A stretch of 64,000 bases of DNA from contig JAURGP010000003.1 of the NCBI GenBank assembly GCA_030833725.1, positions 708 to 64,707 of the forward strand, written 5' to 3'. This document shows, one piece after another, positions 42,275-51,271 of this stretch. Under the pieces are notes generated by a model, which saw nothing but the letters and a program-made list of their open reading frames with translations, was not told where the DNA came from and made no database searches. Made by a program: the position numbers and the translations under genes. The stretch is from Candidatus Kapaibacterium sp. GTDB taxonomy: Bacteria; Bacteroidota; Ignavibacteria; Kapaibacteriales; Kapaibacteriaceae. The number at the start of each line of letters is the position of its first letter. Position 1 is the first letter of the stretch.

Positions 42275-42583
42275 TTAGTTCACGTTGGTCACGCCTGGCG
42301 GAAAAGCCGGCATGTTGGCATCCACCTTGATCTCACCGAATTGGTTCTCGTACTTGCTGATGTTGTCAGCCAGAGCGTGCATCAACAACTTGGCGTGCTG
42401 TGGGGTCATGACCACACGTGCATGTACGCGCGCCTTTGGCACACCGGGCAGAACGCGGGTGAAGTCCACCACGAACTCTGCTGGTGAATGTGAAATGATT
42501 GCAAGGTTGGAGTAAATGCCTTCGGCTTCTTTCTCGCCGAGTTCAATGGTCATTTGCTGTGGTTGTTGCTGGTCGTCGGCCAT
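42275..42583 (-). CDS. DUF3467 domain-containing protein
   Basis: 102 aa. IYSNLAIISHSPAEFVVDF...RVVMTPQHAKLL is typical of DUF3467. Confidence 0.7.
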   Translation of the reverse strand: MADDQQQPQQMTIELGEKEAEGIYSNLAIISHSPAEFVVDFTRVLPGVPKARVHARVVMTPQHAKLLMHALADNISKYENQFGEIKVDANMPAFPPGVTNVN

Positions 42584-42644
42584 GGGTGGTGTCTCGTGGA
42601 TATCCGTGGTGTAAAATCGTTGCCGTGGGACGTTGGAATGCCCG

Positions 42645-44138
42645 TTAGCGTCCCGCCTTTTTTGCAGCTTCTTTCATCTTCTCAATCATCTTGTTCCTGC
42701 CGTACAACCCTTCCATGATCCGCCAGTAGTTGGGGTTGTTCTCATACTTCTCACTCAGCGCTTCCAGCTCCATGATCAGTGCGCGGACCTTCGTTTTCTC
42801 TTGCAGCACTTCATAGGTATTGGCCAGCTGCTCCAGCACAACCATATCGGCCCCATACTTGCCATCCTTCCGCAGTTGCTCGAAGTACCCTGCGGCCATG
42901 CGCAAATCGGCAACGTAGGCCTGGTTGATCTGGTAGTTGGGATCGGCATCCAGTTTCTTCAGTTCGGCAAGCTGCTTCTCTCCAGCCATGTTCTTGTACG
43001 AGGCAGCAAGGTTGTACAACGCCGTCGAATTTGTAGGCTCCGTTTCCAGGACAGTCTTGTACTCCGAGATTGCCTCCGAAGAGCGACCAACGGTGGAAAG
43101 CAGCGAAGCATACTGTAGACGGTAGTTCATAACGGTTGGATTGGCAGCCATCAACTTGCGAATCTCGGCCAGCGCCTCGTCCGTCTTGCCAAGATCCTGC
43201 AGCAGTTGTGTCCGCAGCGGCACAACCTCTTGATCCGTTGGTCGGATCCGGACAACGGTGCTGGCATACTGGAGAGACGCCTCCTTGTTGCCATTCTGAT
43301 ACTCGATGAAGGCTAGAGCCTTCAATGGATTGAGCTGGATGGCACGCGTACGCCACTTCTCGGCCTCAGACAACGCGGCATCGGGCTGCACCGTCCAACC
43401 CTCAACTAGGGTATCGGAGGCACCGGCCTCGAGTGCACTGAACAGATACACGGTCTGTGCACCGTCGAAACGATCCTTGAACAGCAGGGTACCGTCGCTC
43501 AGGCTGTCCACCTTGGCCTCCGCCGGCGCACCCAGGACGGCCATGCCCTGTGCTCGTGAGCTACCCAACGTAATGTTGTTAGCCATGGCCCACTCAAAGC
43601 CATTCTTCTCGTAGGAGTACCACGAGCGATAGATGTCCGCAGCACGTGTGGTGTCGCCCTGCATCTCGTAGATCATCGCCAGCAATCCGTAGGGATCGGT
43701 AAACATGGGCTTCAAGGCGATCGCCTGCTGGAGGCTGGTTTTGGACGCCACCAGATCGCTGTCGGCCTTCGACGACACGTACGCATTGTACGATTGAATG
43801 CCGCCATTGTAGGCCCCAACCCAGGCATTGAACAGCTTGATCGACAGATCTTCGCGTTGTGCCTGCGTTAGGTCCGAACACGTAAGCGCTTCCTGATAGG
43901 TCACCACCATGGAGTCCACATTCCCCGTCAGGGCGTAGACGTCGCCTAACATGATGCGCGCTTCGCAGTTACTAGGTTGAGCGACCAACGCCTGCTGGAG
44001 TTGGACCTTCGCCTTGTCGTACTCGCGTGTCTGCATCGCACGCTTTGCCGTAGCAACGCCGGACGATGCACACTGGAATCCCTGCGTGAGCACAGCTGCC
44101 AAGGCAAGGACGATGAAAAGTGGTAAGGGGCGGTTCAC
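42645..44138 (-). CDS. tetratricopeptide-repeat (TPR) protein, probably a lipoprotein
   Basis: ORF 42645..44174 (TTG start). An in-frame GTG at 44136-44138 gives (M)NRPLPLFIVLALAAVLTQGFQC. Multiple TPR-like repeats. Start uncertain. Confidence 0.65.
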   Translation of the reverse strand: MNRPLPLFIVLALAAVLTQGFQCASSGVATAKRAMQTREYDKAKVQLQQALVAQPSNCEARIMLGDVYALTGNVDSMVVTYQEALTCSDLTQAQREDLSIKLFNAWVGAYNGGIQSYNAYVSSKADSDLVASKTSLQQAIALKPMFTDPYGLLAMIYEMQGDTTRAADIYRSWYSYEKNGFEWAMANNITLGSSRAQGMAVLGAPAEAKVDSLSDGTLLFKDRFDGAQTVYLFSALEAGASDTLVEGWTVQPDAALSEAEKWRTRAIQLNPLKALAFIEYQNGNKEASLQYASTVVRIRPTDQEVVPLRTQLLQDLGKTDEALAEIRKLMAANPTVMNYRLQYASLLSTVGRSSEAISEYKTVLETEPTNSTALYNLAASYKNMAGEKQLAELKKLDADPNYQINQAYVADLRMAAGYFEQLRKDGKYGADMVVLEQLANTYEVLQEKTKVRALIMELEALSEKYENNPNYWRIMEGLYGRNKMIEKMKEAAKKAGR

Positions 44139-44183
44139 AGTGCTATCCGATTGATGTGTGAAGATGGGGCACAAAGGTACCGA

Positions 44184-44897
44184 CTAGTTGCCGGGATAGG
44201 CAAACAGTGAATCGGGAATATCAATGTTGACCTCAACCGACTCTCGCTTCATCGACATCACGGACTGACCGTCCATCTCCATATCCATCTGCATCGGATA
44301 CTGCACGCCACCGATGTCCTTGTAGTTCGACAGATACATCTCCATTTCAGCTTCCTGCCCCATCATGGCCATCGTGATGGTACGCTTTACTTCCAGCCAC
44401 GTAATGGCATCGATGTATACCAGATGTGACTCCTTATTGACGTTGGTCACCTTAATCAAGTGAGCCGTCATGCCATCGATGTCTTCGGCACCGACATACT
44501 CCAGCGTTAGGCCCTGATCAGTGGGATCGATGAGTTCGCCCCAAATGTTTGCTTGCGATGCAGCCTGATTGGCTTCAGCCTCACCACCAAGTTGCGGCGA
44601 TCCACCCGACATCGGATTGGTTCCCCAAGCCTGCACACCATCATAAGCCTGCACGATCTCCATACCTTGAACGGACATGTCCATCCGCATCTTCGTGTTG
44701 TTCTTGAAGTACTGGGTAAAGCTCAGTTCGCCTCCCATCGTCTCCATCGTTCCTACCACCTTCATCGATCGAATCTTGGTGATCGTCTCACGACCACCGC
44801 GGGCGGCGATGTGGTTGGCTAGGATTTCTTCGAGGGTGATAGCGCGGGATGGTACGGCAACCACCAAGGCCACCAGTAGAATCATCAGATAGTTCAT
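44184..44897 (-). CDS. outer-membrane lipoprotein-sorting (LolA-fold) protein
   Basis: Trimmed to MNYLMILLVALVVAVPSRA. TLEEILANHIAARGG...KIRSMK is typical of this family. Confidence 0.7.
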   Translation of the reverse strand: MNYLMILLVALVVAVPSRAITLEEILANHIAARGGRETITKIRSMKVVGTMETMGGELSFTQYFKNNTKMRMDMSVQGMEIVQAYDGVQAWGTNPMSGGSPQLGGEAEANQAASQANIWGELIDPTDQGLTLEYVGAEDIDGMTAHLIKVTNVNKESHLVYIDAITWLEVKRTITMAMMGQEAEMEMYLSNYKDIGGVQYPMQMDMEMDGQSVMSMKRESVEVNIDIPDSLFAYPGN

Positions 44898-44951
44898 CGT
44901 TGTGTGTCCACGTAGTGTATAGATGATGCACAAGGTTACGCAAATTGCACG

Positions 44952-46382
44952 ATGAGACGATTACAACTGATCTTGATGCTAGGGCTCGTGTCCCTAGCTA
45001 CTGCAATAGGCGTTCGAGCGCAGGTGCTCACTCCTGCCGACGTCGTACGCCCCGATACCCTGCTGTCTGGCGAATGGCGTGGCACGGTGGTTACCGCGAA
45101 TGGCATGCGCTATGCTGTCCTGCTCCTCGTAGAGGCCTTTTCCGATGGGCTCTGCGACGTCAAGTACGAGGTGGCGGGGGTTACGGCAGGTCCTCGCCGA
45201 ATGCGAACGGCATCGTGCCAACATAGCAGCCTGCTGTTTGTGGACGATTCCACGAATGGCGCCTTCACCGGGAAGCTGCTGTCGGCCGAGGGTGTCATTG
45301 ACGGCGTGTGGGAATCGGGGCGTACGCGCTCTGAATTGCGCCTGTATGCGGTGAGTCGACCACGGCTTCGGATCCAGGATGAAGCTGGCCCACAGCCGTA
45401 CGTCGAGCGCAACCTCACCCTGACCTTCTCGGGTGGACAGCGCGTTGGAGCAACGCTGTGTCTGCCGGATACGGCCGGAACGTGGCCACTGATGGTGCTC
45501 GTTTCCGATCGCGGCATTCAGGATCGCGACAGTCGTGATCCCTCCGGACACCGACCATTCCGGGTGATTGCCGACTACGCCGCCGAGCGTCAGTGGGCCG
45601 TACTCCGTTTCGACGACCCAGCTTCGGGCTGCACGGCTGCCGACCTGGTAGCCCTTCTGGATCGCGTGGCTCGCCTCCCCTACGTGGATGGCACACAGGT
45701 GATTCTGGTGGGACACGGTGAAGGGGGCTTGTCGGCCGTGAAGGCTGCCGCCCAGCGTCCGGCCATTGTGCAAGGGGTGATCTGTGCAGCCACGCCCGCC
45801 GTAGATGGCAGAGTCTGGATCACCGAACAGATTCGTGTCGCCGATGCACTTGTGGGCATCGACCCCGACGTTTCCCGTGCTGCCGCAGACCTCGTTGGTG
45901 TATGGTACGATATTGCAGCGTCGTCGAAAACGGTCGACGAGCAGATTGCCGCGATTGGTCGTGCAACGGACTCCCTCCTAGAGGTTCGGCAGGACCTGCT
46001 GTCGGCCTACTCCCTTGCTACTGAGTTGCAGAGTGCTCAGCGCGATCGTCTGATCGAGAACCGACTGCTGCCGTGGCTCTACTCCTACCGGGATGTACAG
46101 GCCGACTCGATTGGTGGGATCATCAACGATGCCGACCTACCCGTGCTGGCACTTCTTGCAGAACAGGATGCCGTTGTACCCTCGGAGATTCACGCAGCTG
46201 CCTGGAGGGTGACTCAACAGTCCGAACCTTCCACCACCGTAGAAGTGATCCAAAGCGTCAATCATGGCTTTCAGCCATGTGTGAAGTGTACAGGAGAGGA
46301 GGCTGCTCACAGCAGCACGACGATCGCCGAAGAAGTACTCGATCGAATCGTCAGTTGGGGGAATCAGCGCGTTGGGCGCTAG
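44952..46382 (+). CDS. alpha/beta-hydrolase-fold protein with a degenerate nucleophile elbow (GHGEGG)
   Basis: 476 aa, signal peptide. The layout ...LVSDRGIQDRD...RFDD...VILVGHGEGG...DLPVLALLAEQDAVVP...NHGF matches the family that normally carries GHSEGG. Confidence 0.6.
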   Translation: MRRLQLILMLGLVSLATAIGVRAQVLTPADVVRPDTLLSGEWRGTVVTANGMRYAVLLLVEAFSDGLCDVKYEVAGVTAGPRRMRTASCQHSSLLFVDDSTNGAFTGKLLSAEGVIDGVWESGRTRSELRLYAVSRPRLRIQDEAGPQPYVERNLTLTFSGGQRVGATLCLPDTAGTWPLMVLVSDRGIQDRDSRDPSGHRPFRVIADYAAERQWAVLRFDDPASGCTAADLVALLDRVARLPYVDGTQVILVGHGEGGLSAVKAAAQRPAIVQGVICAATPAVDGRVWITEQIRVADALVGIDPDVSRAAADLVGVWYDIAASSKTVDEQIAAIGRATDSLLEVRQDLLSAYSLATELQSAQRDRLIENRLLPWLYSYRDVQADSIGGIINDADLPVLALLAEQDAVVPSEIHAAAWRVTQQSEPSTTVEVIQSVNHGFQPCVKCTGEEAAHSSTTIAEEVLDRIVSWGNQRVGR

Positions 46383-47094
46383 CGAGCTCGCCAGCCAACG
46401 GACGTGATGTCATCTCGATAGCCTTGACCTTCGCCGTGGCATAGGCTGGTCGATCCCGCTCGTCGAGTCCAACGATGATCACCTCGTCGCACTGCATGGC
46501 GCGCACGGCAGCCGAATAGGACCGATGGTGAACGAGGTCTGTTGTGGCCACCACCGGCATCTCCAGCGGCTGGAAGTCGGCGCTCAATGCCACGACGGTG
46601 GAGTCGTTGTTGTCGTAGAAATCTTTGACCATCTCCGGCCGCAGAGCAACCAGATCTACCCGTCCAACACCCAATTTCAGCGTTCGTGCCGCGGCGCGGG
46701 AAAGGTCAATGACGCGAGGCTTGATATACGGACCGCGGTCGGTAATCTCGACAGCTACCCGCTCACCCGTGCGGGGATACTCTACCACAACGATCGTTCC
46801 GAAGGGCAGGGTTGGGTGGGCAGCCGTCAGCTCGTCCATATCGTACCGGCGACCACTCGCCGTACGACGGCCATGGAACCCAGGTCCGTACCACGAGGCC
46901 ATGCCGTCCTCGATGTCATCCATGTCCAGGGCAAAGGCTTGTGGCAGTGGTGGACCAATGAAGTCCATCTGGGGCTCGATGACCACCTGGGCATCTGCCG
47001 GAACATCACGGGCTTCCACGAGGAAACTCACGGACATCGTCCCAAAAAACAGGAGCGTTGAAAGGAGCGTCAATATGGTATGTTTCGCCTTCAC
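46351..47094 (-). CDS. rlpA: septal-ring lytic transglycosylase RlpA-family protein (double-psi beta-barrel)
   Basis: ASWYGPGFHGRRTASGRRYDMDELTAAHPTLPFGTIVVVEY...VAVEITDRGPY. The start is placed at GTG 47092-47094 to give the signal peptide KAKHTILTLLSTLLFFG...VEA, and is uncertain. Confidence 0.75.
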   Translation of the reverse strand: MKAKHTILTLLSTLLFFGTMSVSFLVEARDVPADAQVVIEPQMDFIGPPLPQAFALDMDDIEDGMASWYGPGFHGRRTASGRRYDMDELTAAHPTLPFGTIVVVEYPRTGERVAVEITDRGPYIKPRVIDLSRAAARTLKLGVGRVDLVALRPEMVKDFYDNNDSTVVALSADFQPLEMPVVATTDLVHHRSYSAAVRAMQCDEVIIVGLDERDRPAYATAKVKAIEMTSRPLAGELASAQRADSPN

Positions 47095-47185
47095 TGTACG
47101 TAACCACCCTGAACTGATTCGGGCGGACAGGCAAACTCTGGCTTTCTTCCCGCCCGACCAATGACATAACCATGAATAATCGTTC

Positions 47186-48037
47186 ATGAAATGGCCCCGC
47201 CTCATCCTCCTTCCGTTGGTGTCTGTCCTACTCCTCACCTGCCGAACATGGGGATCGCCGGACTCCAATACCGTAGATCCAGCGCGCACTGCCGTGATTG
47301 CCGGCGCGACCGCAGCTGGCTTCGTGGCAGGACACGTTGTGCTCAACAACCTCTGGTGGAAGGGCGAACGTGTGCCCTTTCACGTGAACACCTCCCAGGA
47401 CTACACGTATGCCCTGGGAGCCGACAAGGCCGGTCACGCAACATTCGCCTATGCCGCAACCACGGTGTATGGACAGCTGTTTCGCTGGGCTGGGATGGAC
47501 TCCGTGCAGTCCCTGTGGTGGGCTGCGGGCGTGGCCACCACCTATCAGACCTACATCGAGATTCGGGACGGCTTCTCACGTGATTACGGGCTTTCCTGGG
47601 GAGACGTCGCAGCAAATACCGTTGGTGCTTCCCTGCCGCTGCTCCAGCACGCCATTCCAGAACTCCGTGCCATTGATCTCCAGATTTCCTTCTGGCCTTC
47701 CGAGGCATTTCGGCAAGGGGCGTACGGTGCCATCATCGACGACTACACGAGCACAACGCACTGGTTATCCATGCGTATCCACGACTGGCTCCCTGCCGAT
47801 ATGCAGCAGTGGTATCCGCCGTGGCTCGGACTGGCTGTGGGCCATTCGGTGGAGGGACTCGATGGCCGGGGTGGGGGCAATCACAGTTGGTACCTGAGCC
47901 TCGATTGGCGACTGGATGCCATTGCGGGGTTGCCACCGTGGCTTCGTGAAGTGGCCCGTGCTCTGCACCTCTACCACCTACCCGCTCCGGCGGTGAAGAT
48001 CTATCCGGAAGTCGTCTGGTACGGACTGCGGTTCTAG
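47186..48037 (+). CDS. DUF2279-like periplasmic/lipoprotein
   Basis: 283 aa. Signal peptide MKWPRLILLPLVSVLLLTC. Contains DKAGH and GFS..D..AN motifs. Confidence 0.5.
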   Translation: MKWPRLILLPLVSVLLLTCRTWGSPDSNTVDPARTAVIAGATAAGFVAGHVVLNNLWWKGERVPFHVNTSQDYTYALGADKAGHATFAYAATTVYGQLFRWAGMDSVQSLWWAAGVATTYQTYIEIRDGFSRDYGLSWGDVAANTVGASLPLLQHAIPELRAIDLQISFWPSEAFRQGAYGAIIDDYTSTTHWLSMRIHDWLPADMQQWYPPWLGLAVGHSVEGLDGRGGGNHSWYLSLDWRLDAIAGLPPWLREVARALHLYHLPAPAVKIYPEVVWYGLRF

Positions 48038-49431
48038 GAGCCGCGTTGTTCGCGCCGCTGGAGCTCGAGCTGCTGCTGGCGCTGCTGGTCAGCCTCACGT
48101 TTGTAGGCATCGTGCACGATGCGCACCTCGATACGTCGGTTTTGTTCGCGGATCGCCTCGATCTCGTCCCAGGTCATCGTTGCCTGTTCTTGCGGAGTTG
48201 GCTCTTGAACCTTCGGTCGCGAGGATCCATACCCTACCACGCCTCGGATCACGTCGGGTCGCACCCCCTTCTCGAGCAGCCAATCACGCACGCGCTCGGC
48301 ACGCCGCAAGCTCAAGGAATCGTTGCGTTCGGCAGGACCGTCGCCCGAAGCATGCCCCTCAAGGATCACTTCATGCCCCTCGGGAGCATTCGCGAGGTAG
48401 TCCAGCAGCTCGCTTAGATTGCGCTCGGTCTCTGGCTCGGAGAAGTCGAATTCGTCGCTATCCACGTGGAATCGCACGTCCTTGCTGAAGGCCTCACGTG
48501 GTTGGATAGGTGGTTCTGGAGGGAACTCCTGACCCGACCCTTCCGCCGAGCCAGCCCCCTTCCCGGTTCCCTCACCACAACAGTAACAACAGCAGCAGCA
48601 ACAGCAACACGAAGAGCAAGACGGTGCCCCCTGAACGATACAGGTTTCTAGAGGGGCGGCATCGTCCACGATGCACGTGCGCGGTTCTCGAGGACGTGGT
48701 GGGAGCGGTGGGAGCGGTAGAAGTTCTGGTACCACGGTCTCCGATCTGCCCGCGGTAAACCGATACGACAGTCCCACACTTACCGACGACAATCCGTCAT
48801 TACGATGATTTACCGTGAAATCATCTAGCCATGGGCTGAATACAAACCGATACTCTCCGCGCAGACTAAGTTCCACCTCATCTGAGAGCGGGAATCTCAC
48901 GCCGGCACCAACCGGCAGTGACACCACCGTGCGGGAATAGCGTCGAAATGCATTGTTTGGTAGTGCTTCGTGCTCTCGATCGTTCGTCGGCGAAAAGTTC
49001 ACCATTCCCACACCTGCCATCACGTACGGTATCGCCGGAATGTTGTCCACGAGGACGTAGTGTACCAGAACGTCCGCCGTGGTGATCCGCGAGGCGTTCT
49101 CTGGCTCGATGGTCGTGAGTGTGCCCGGATACCGTCCTCCCAGCCGTGCGCCGCGTCCAAAGTACTGCGGATAGGCCGCCATCAGCGATGGCGTCACCTT
49201 CCACCGTATCTCTCCCAGTCCCCAGCGTCCCTCAACACTCCAGCGGTCGAACAGTGCCAGCTGAAGGGAGGCCGTACCTACTGGTCCCCACAGGTCGTCA
49301 CTGAATTCGCCGTGGTATTTGTACGTCCCGGCCGTAATTGACCCAAGCACCTCACCACGCCGCTGCTGTGCACCCACGTCCTGCGAGGGGAACATCAGTC
49401 CGACAAGCATCATCACTACAACGATGATCAT
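48034..49431 (-). CDS. OmpA-family outer-membrane protein: N-terminal beta-barrel, Pro-rich linker, poly-Cys tract, C-terminal OmpA peptidoglycan-binding domain
   Basis: 465 aa. OmpA_C motifs (ILEGHASGDG...NDSLSLRRAERV...NRRIEVRIV). ATGA start/stop overlap with the upstream paralogue. Confidence 0.8.
   Translation of the reverse strand: MIIVVVMMLVGLMFPSQDVGAQQRRGEVLGSITAGTYKYHGEFSDDLWGPVGTASLQLALFDRWSVEGRWGLGEIRWKVTPSLMAAYPQYFGRGARLGGRYPGTLTTIEPENASRITTADVLVHYVLVDNIPAIPYVMAGVGMVNFSPTNDREHEALPNNAFRRYSRTVVSLPVGAGVRFPLSDEVELSLRGEYRFVFSPWLDDFTVNHRNDGLSSVSVGLSYRFTAGRSETVVPELLPLPPLPPRPREPRTCIVDDAAPLETCIVQGAPSCSSCCCCCCCCYCCGEGTGKGAGSAEGSGQEFPPEPPIQPREAFSKDVRFHVDSDEFDFSEPETERNLSELLDYLANAPEGHEVILEGHASGDGPAERNDSLSLRRAERVRDWLLEKGVRPDVIRGVVGYGSSRPKVQEPTPQEQATMTWDEIEAIREQNRRIEVRIVHDAYKREADQQRQQQLELQRREQRGS
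48577..48618 (-). repeat. (TGY)n codon run encoding CSSCCCCCCCCYCC
   Basis: The minus strand reads TGC TCT TCG TGT TGC TGT TGC TGC TGC TGT TGT TAC TGT TGT, in frame within the OmpA-family ORF. Confidence 0.9.
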
Positions 49432-50657
49432 GGTTGGGACGATGTGATGGTGGAACAGTCTTTACACTCACTGGGATCAAACTCCCCCTGTCCTTTCACA
49501 ATGCGTCCAGAACCCGGAATGAGGTTGAACATCATCGATCCGGCCGCGACCGTCTGCTCGAAGCAGCAGTCGACACACAGGTAGTAGGCATCTTCCACTT
49601 CCCGAACAACCAGGGCATAGCATGGCTGGCTTGCACTAACGCTGTTCATCGACTGAAGATGGTCTGGAGACGAGGGATCGTACACCATCCCCTCCTCCCA
49701 CTTAATCCGGCTGCGACCAGGCGTGAACATCGTGTCGGCACAGACGGCAAGGCCAGAATCAACGCAAATCACGGCGTGGCCATCCGGGCAGGAGATCGAC
49801 GTACCGGACGTGGATGGTTGAACCGGCGGTTGCGGTTGTGGTTCCGGCTGCGGTTGTGGTTCCGGCTGCGGTTGTGGTTCCGGTTGCGGTTGTGGTTGTA
49901 GCTGTGATTGCGGTTCCGGTTCCGGCAGCTGAACTACGTCCGGATCGTTGAACCGGTAGGTACAGCCCACGCTGGCACTGCTCACCGCGTCGTTCATGCC
50001 GTTCGCGTTGAGATCGTCGAGGTACTTCGAAAACACAAAGCGATGTTCGCCACGGATCATCAGATCCACACGGTGACTGATCGGGATGCGAACCCCAGCT
50101 CCAACCGGAACCGAGACGGCATTCCCGGAATAGACGCGGCGGATGAAGTTTGGCAGGGCGTCGTGTTCGGAGGCGTTGGATGGTGCATAGCTCACCCAGC
50201 CAATACCAGCAGAGATAAACGGAGTAGCTCGAAGGTGATCGAAGAGGACCCAGTGGACAAGGAGATCCAGGGTGGTCAGGCGGGACTCGTTTTCAGCTTC
50301 GATTGTGGTAAGGGTGCCGGGATACGGCGTGCCGATACGGGCAAGGCGACCGAAGTAGCCGGGATACCGCGCAAGGTCGGACGGCGAGATTTTCCAGCGG
50401 ATTTCTCCAAGGCCGAACCTAGCCTCAAGGTGTAGGCGGCGCAGCGGGGCGTACTGAATCGAGGCAAAGCCCCCTGCCCCCCATAGATCGTCTGTGAACT
50501 CACCGGAATACTTGTGTACTCCTCCAGTCAGGATCCCAATTACCTCTCCCTGCCGAACCTGTGCTACGAGGGTCACAAGAGGCGCAGACGTCAGCATCGC
50601 AAGCAAGAGCAATGCGCGGAAGAGCGAACCTGAGCGGCCAACGGCCCTGTTGATCAT
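49428..50657 (-). CDS. outer-membrane beta-barrel paralogue with a (PEPQPQ)n linker and a Cys-rich C-terminal domain of unknown function
   Basis: Trimmed to MINRAVGRSGSLFRALLLLAMLTSAPLVTLVAQ (ATG 50655-50657). Its barrel is clearly homologous by eye to that of 48034..49431 (e.g. GEIRWK[IV][ST]PS, YPGTLTTIE[AP]EN, EH[DE]ALPN). Confidence 0.7.
   Translation of the reverse strand: MINRAVGRSGSLFRALLLLAMLTSAPLVTLVAQVRQGEVIGILTGGVHKYSGEFTDDLWGAGGFASIQYAPLRRLHLEARFGLGEIRWKISPSDLARYPGYFGRLARIGTPYPGTLTTIEAENESRLTTLDLLVHWVLFDHLRATPFISAGIGWVSYAPSNASEHDALPNFIRRVYSGNAVSVPVGAGVRIPISHRVDLMIRGEHRFVFSKYLDDLNANGMNDAVSSASVGCTYRFNDPDVVQLPEPEPQSQLQPQPQPEPQPQPEPQPQPEPQPQPPVQPSTSGTSISCPDGHAVICVDSGLAVCADTMFTPGRSRIKWEEGMVYDPSSPDHLQSMNSVSASQPCYALVVREVEDAYYLCVDCCFEQTVAAGSMMFNLIPGSGRIVKGQGEFDPSECKDCSTITSSQP
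49830..49901. repeat. 18-bp tandem repeat x4 (coding, PEPQPQ units)
   Basis: Units start at 49830, 49848, 49866 and 49884: ttgcggttgtggttccgg / ctgcggttgtggttccgg / ctgcggttgtggttccgg / ttgcggttgtggttgtag. Confidence 0.9.
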
Positions 50658-50722
50658 GTAGTTCTCCACATTTCCACGCAAAGATGCGGAAAACATGTGG
50701 ATAACCACAGTATTCGTTACGC

Positions 50723-51271
50723 CTAGATGGTGTCGAGAATCCGCTGATTGACGTCCTGGACGTCCCCAACACCGTTCACCGTTACCAGCAGGCTGTCAAC
50801 TGCCGAGTAGTACTCCAGTAGAGGTGCCGTCTCCTGACGATACACATCCAACCGGTTGGCGATAATCTCAGCCGTATCGTCGGCGCGTCCGCGCGAGAGC
50901 AGACGTTCTGTGATCGTAGCATCGTCCACATCGATATTTACCACTCGGTGGACGGAAAGGCCACGGCGCTGAAGCATCTCAGCCAGAGCGTCGGCCTGGG
51001 CTCGTGTTCGAGGGAACCCATCCAGGATCGCTCCACGTGCGAACGAGGGGTCCTGCATGGCCTCTTCGACGATGCTGGCAACGACGGAATCTGGAACAAG
51101 ATCGCCGGCATCCACATACGTCTTGGCTACCTTGCCGATCTCCGACTGATTGCGGATCGCCGCACGGAAGGCATCCCCCGTGGAGAGGTGAGCCACGTGA
51201 AGCTTCTCAGCCAGAATAGCGGCCTGGGTACCTTTCCCAACGCCCGGAGCACCAAAGAGTACGATGATCAT
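50723..51271 (-). CDS. adk: adenylate kinase (short-LID type)
   Basis: Trimmed to MIIVLFGAPGVGKGTQA (ATG 51269-51271, ATGA overlap with the upstream gene). 182 aa. Confidence 0.93.
   Translation of the reverse strand: MIIVLFGAPGVGKGTQAAILAEKLHVAHLSTGDAFRAAIRNQSEIGKVAKTYVDAGDLVPDSVVASIVEEAMQDPSFARGAILDGFPRTRAQADALAEMLQRRGLSVHRVVNIDVDDATITERLLSRGRADDTAEIIANRLDVYRQETAPLLEYYSAVDSLLVTVNGVGDVQDVNQRILDTI

Noticed and set aside
50696-50704. A perfect DnaA-box 9-mer (TGTGGATAA, i.e. TTATCCACA). I also considered whether the rpmH-rnpA-yidD-yidC block marks oriC.
   Set aside because: Only one perfect box and one 8/9 match (inside lptE) were seen. A single 9-mer is expected by chance about half the time in 64 kb. 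There is no dnaA, no box cluster and no AT-rich unwinding element next to rpmH. The octamer orientation shows no switch around 42 kb.
50658-50722. An imperfect hairpin (CCACATTTCCACGC...GCGGAAAACATGTGG) between adk and the barrel gene, considered as a terminator.
   Set aside because: The stem needs several bulges, and no U-tract follows it on the minus strand. I cannot support a call beyond possible secondary structure.
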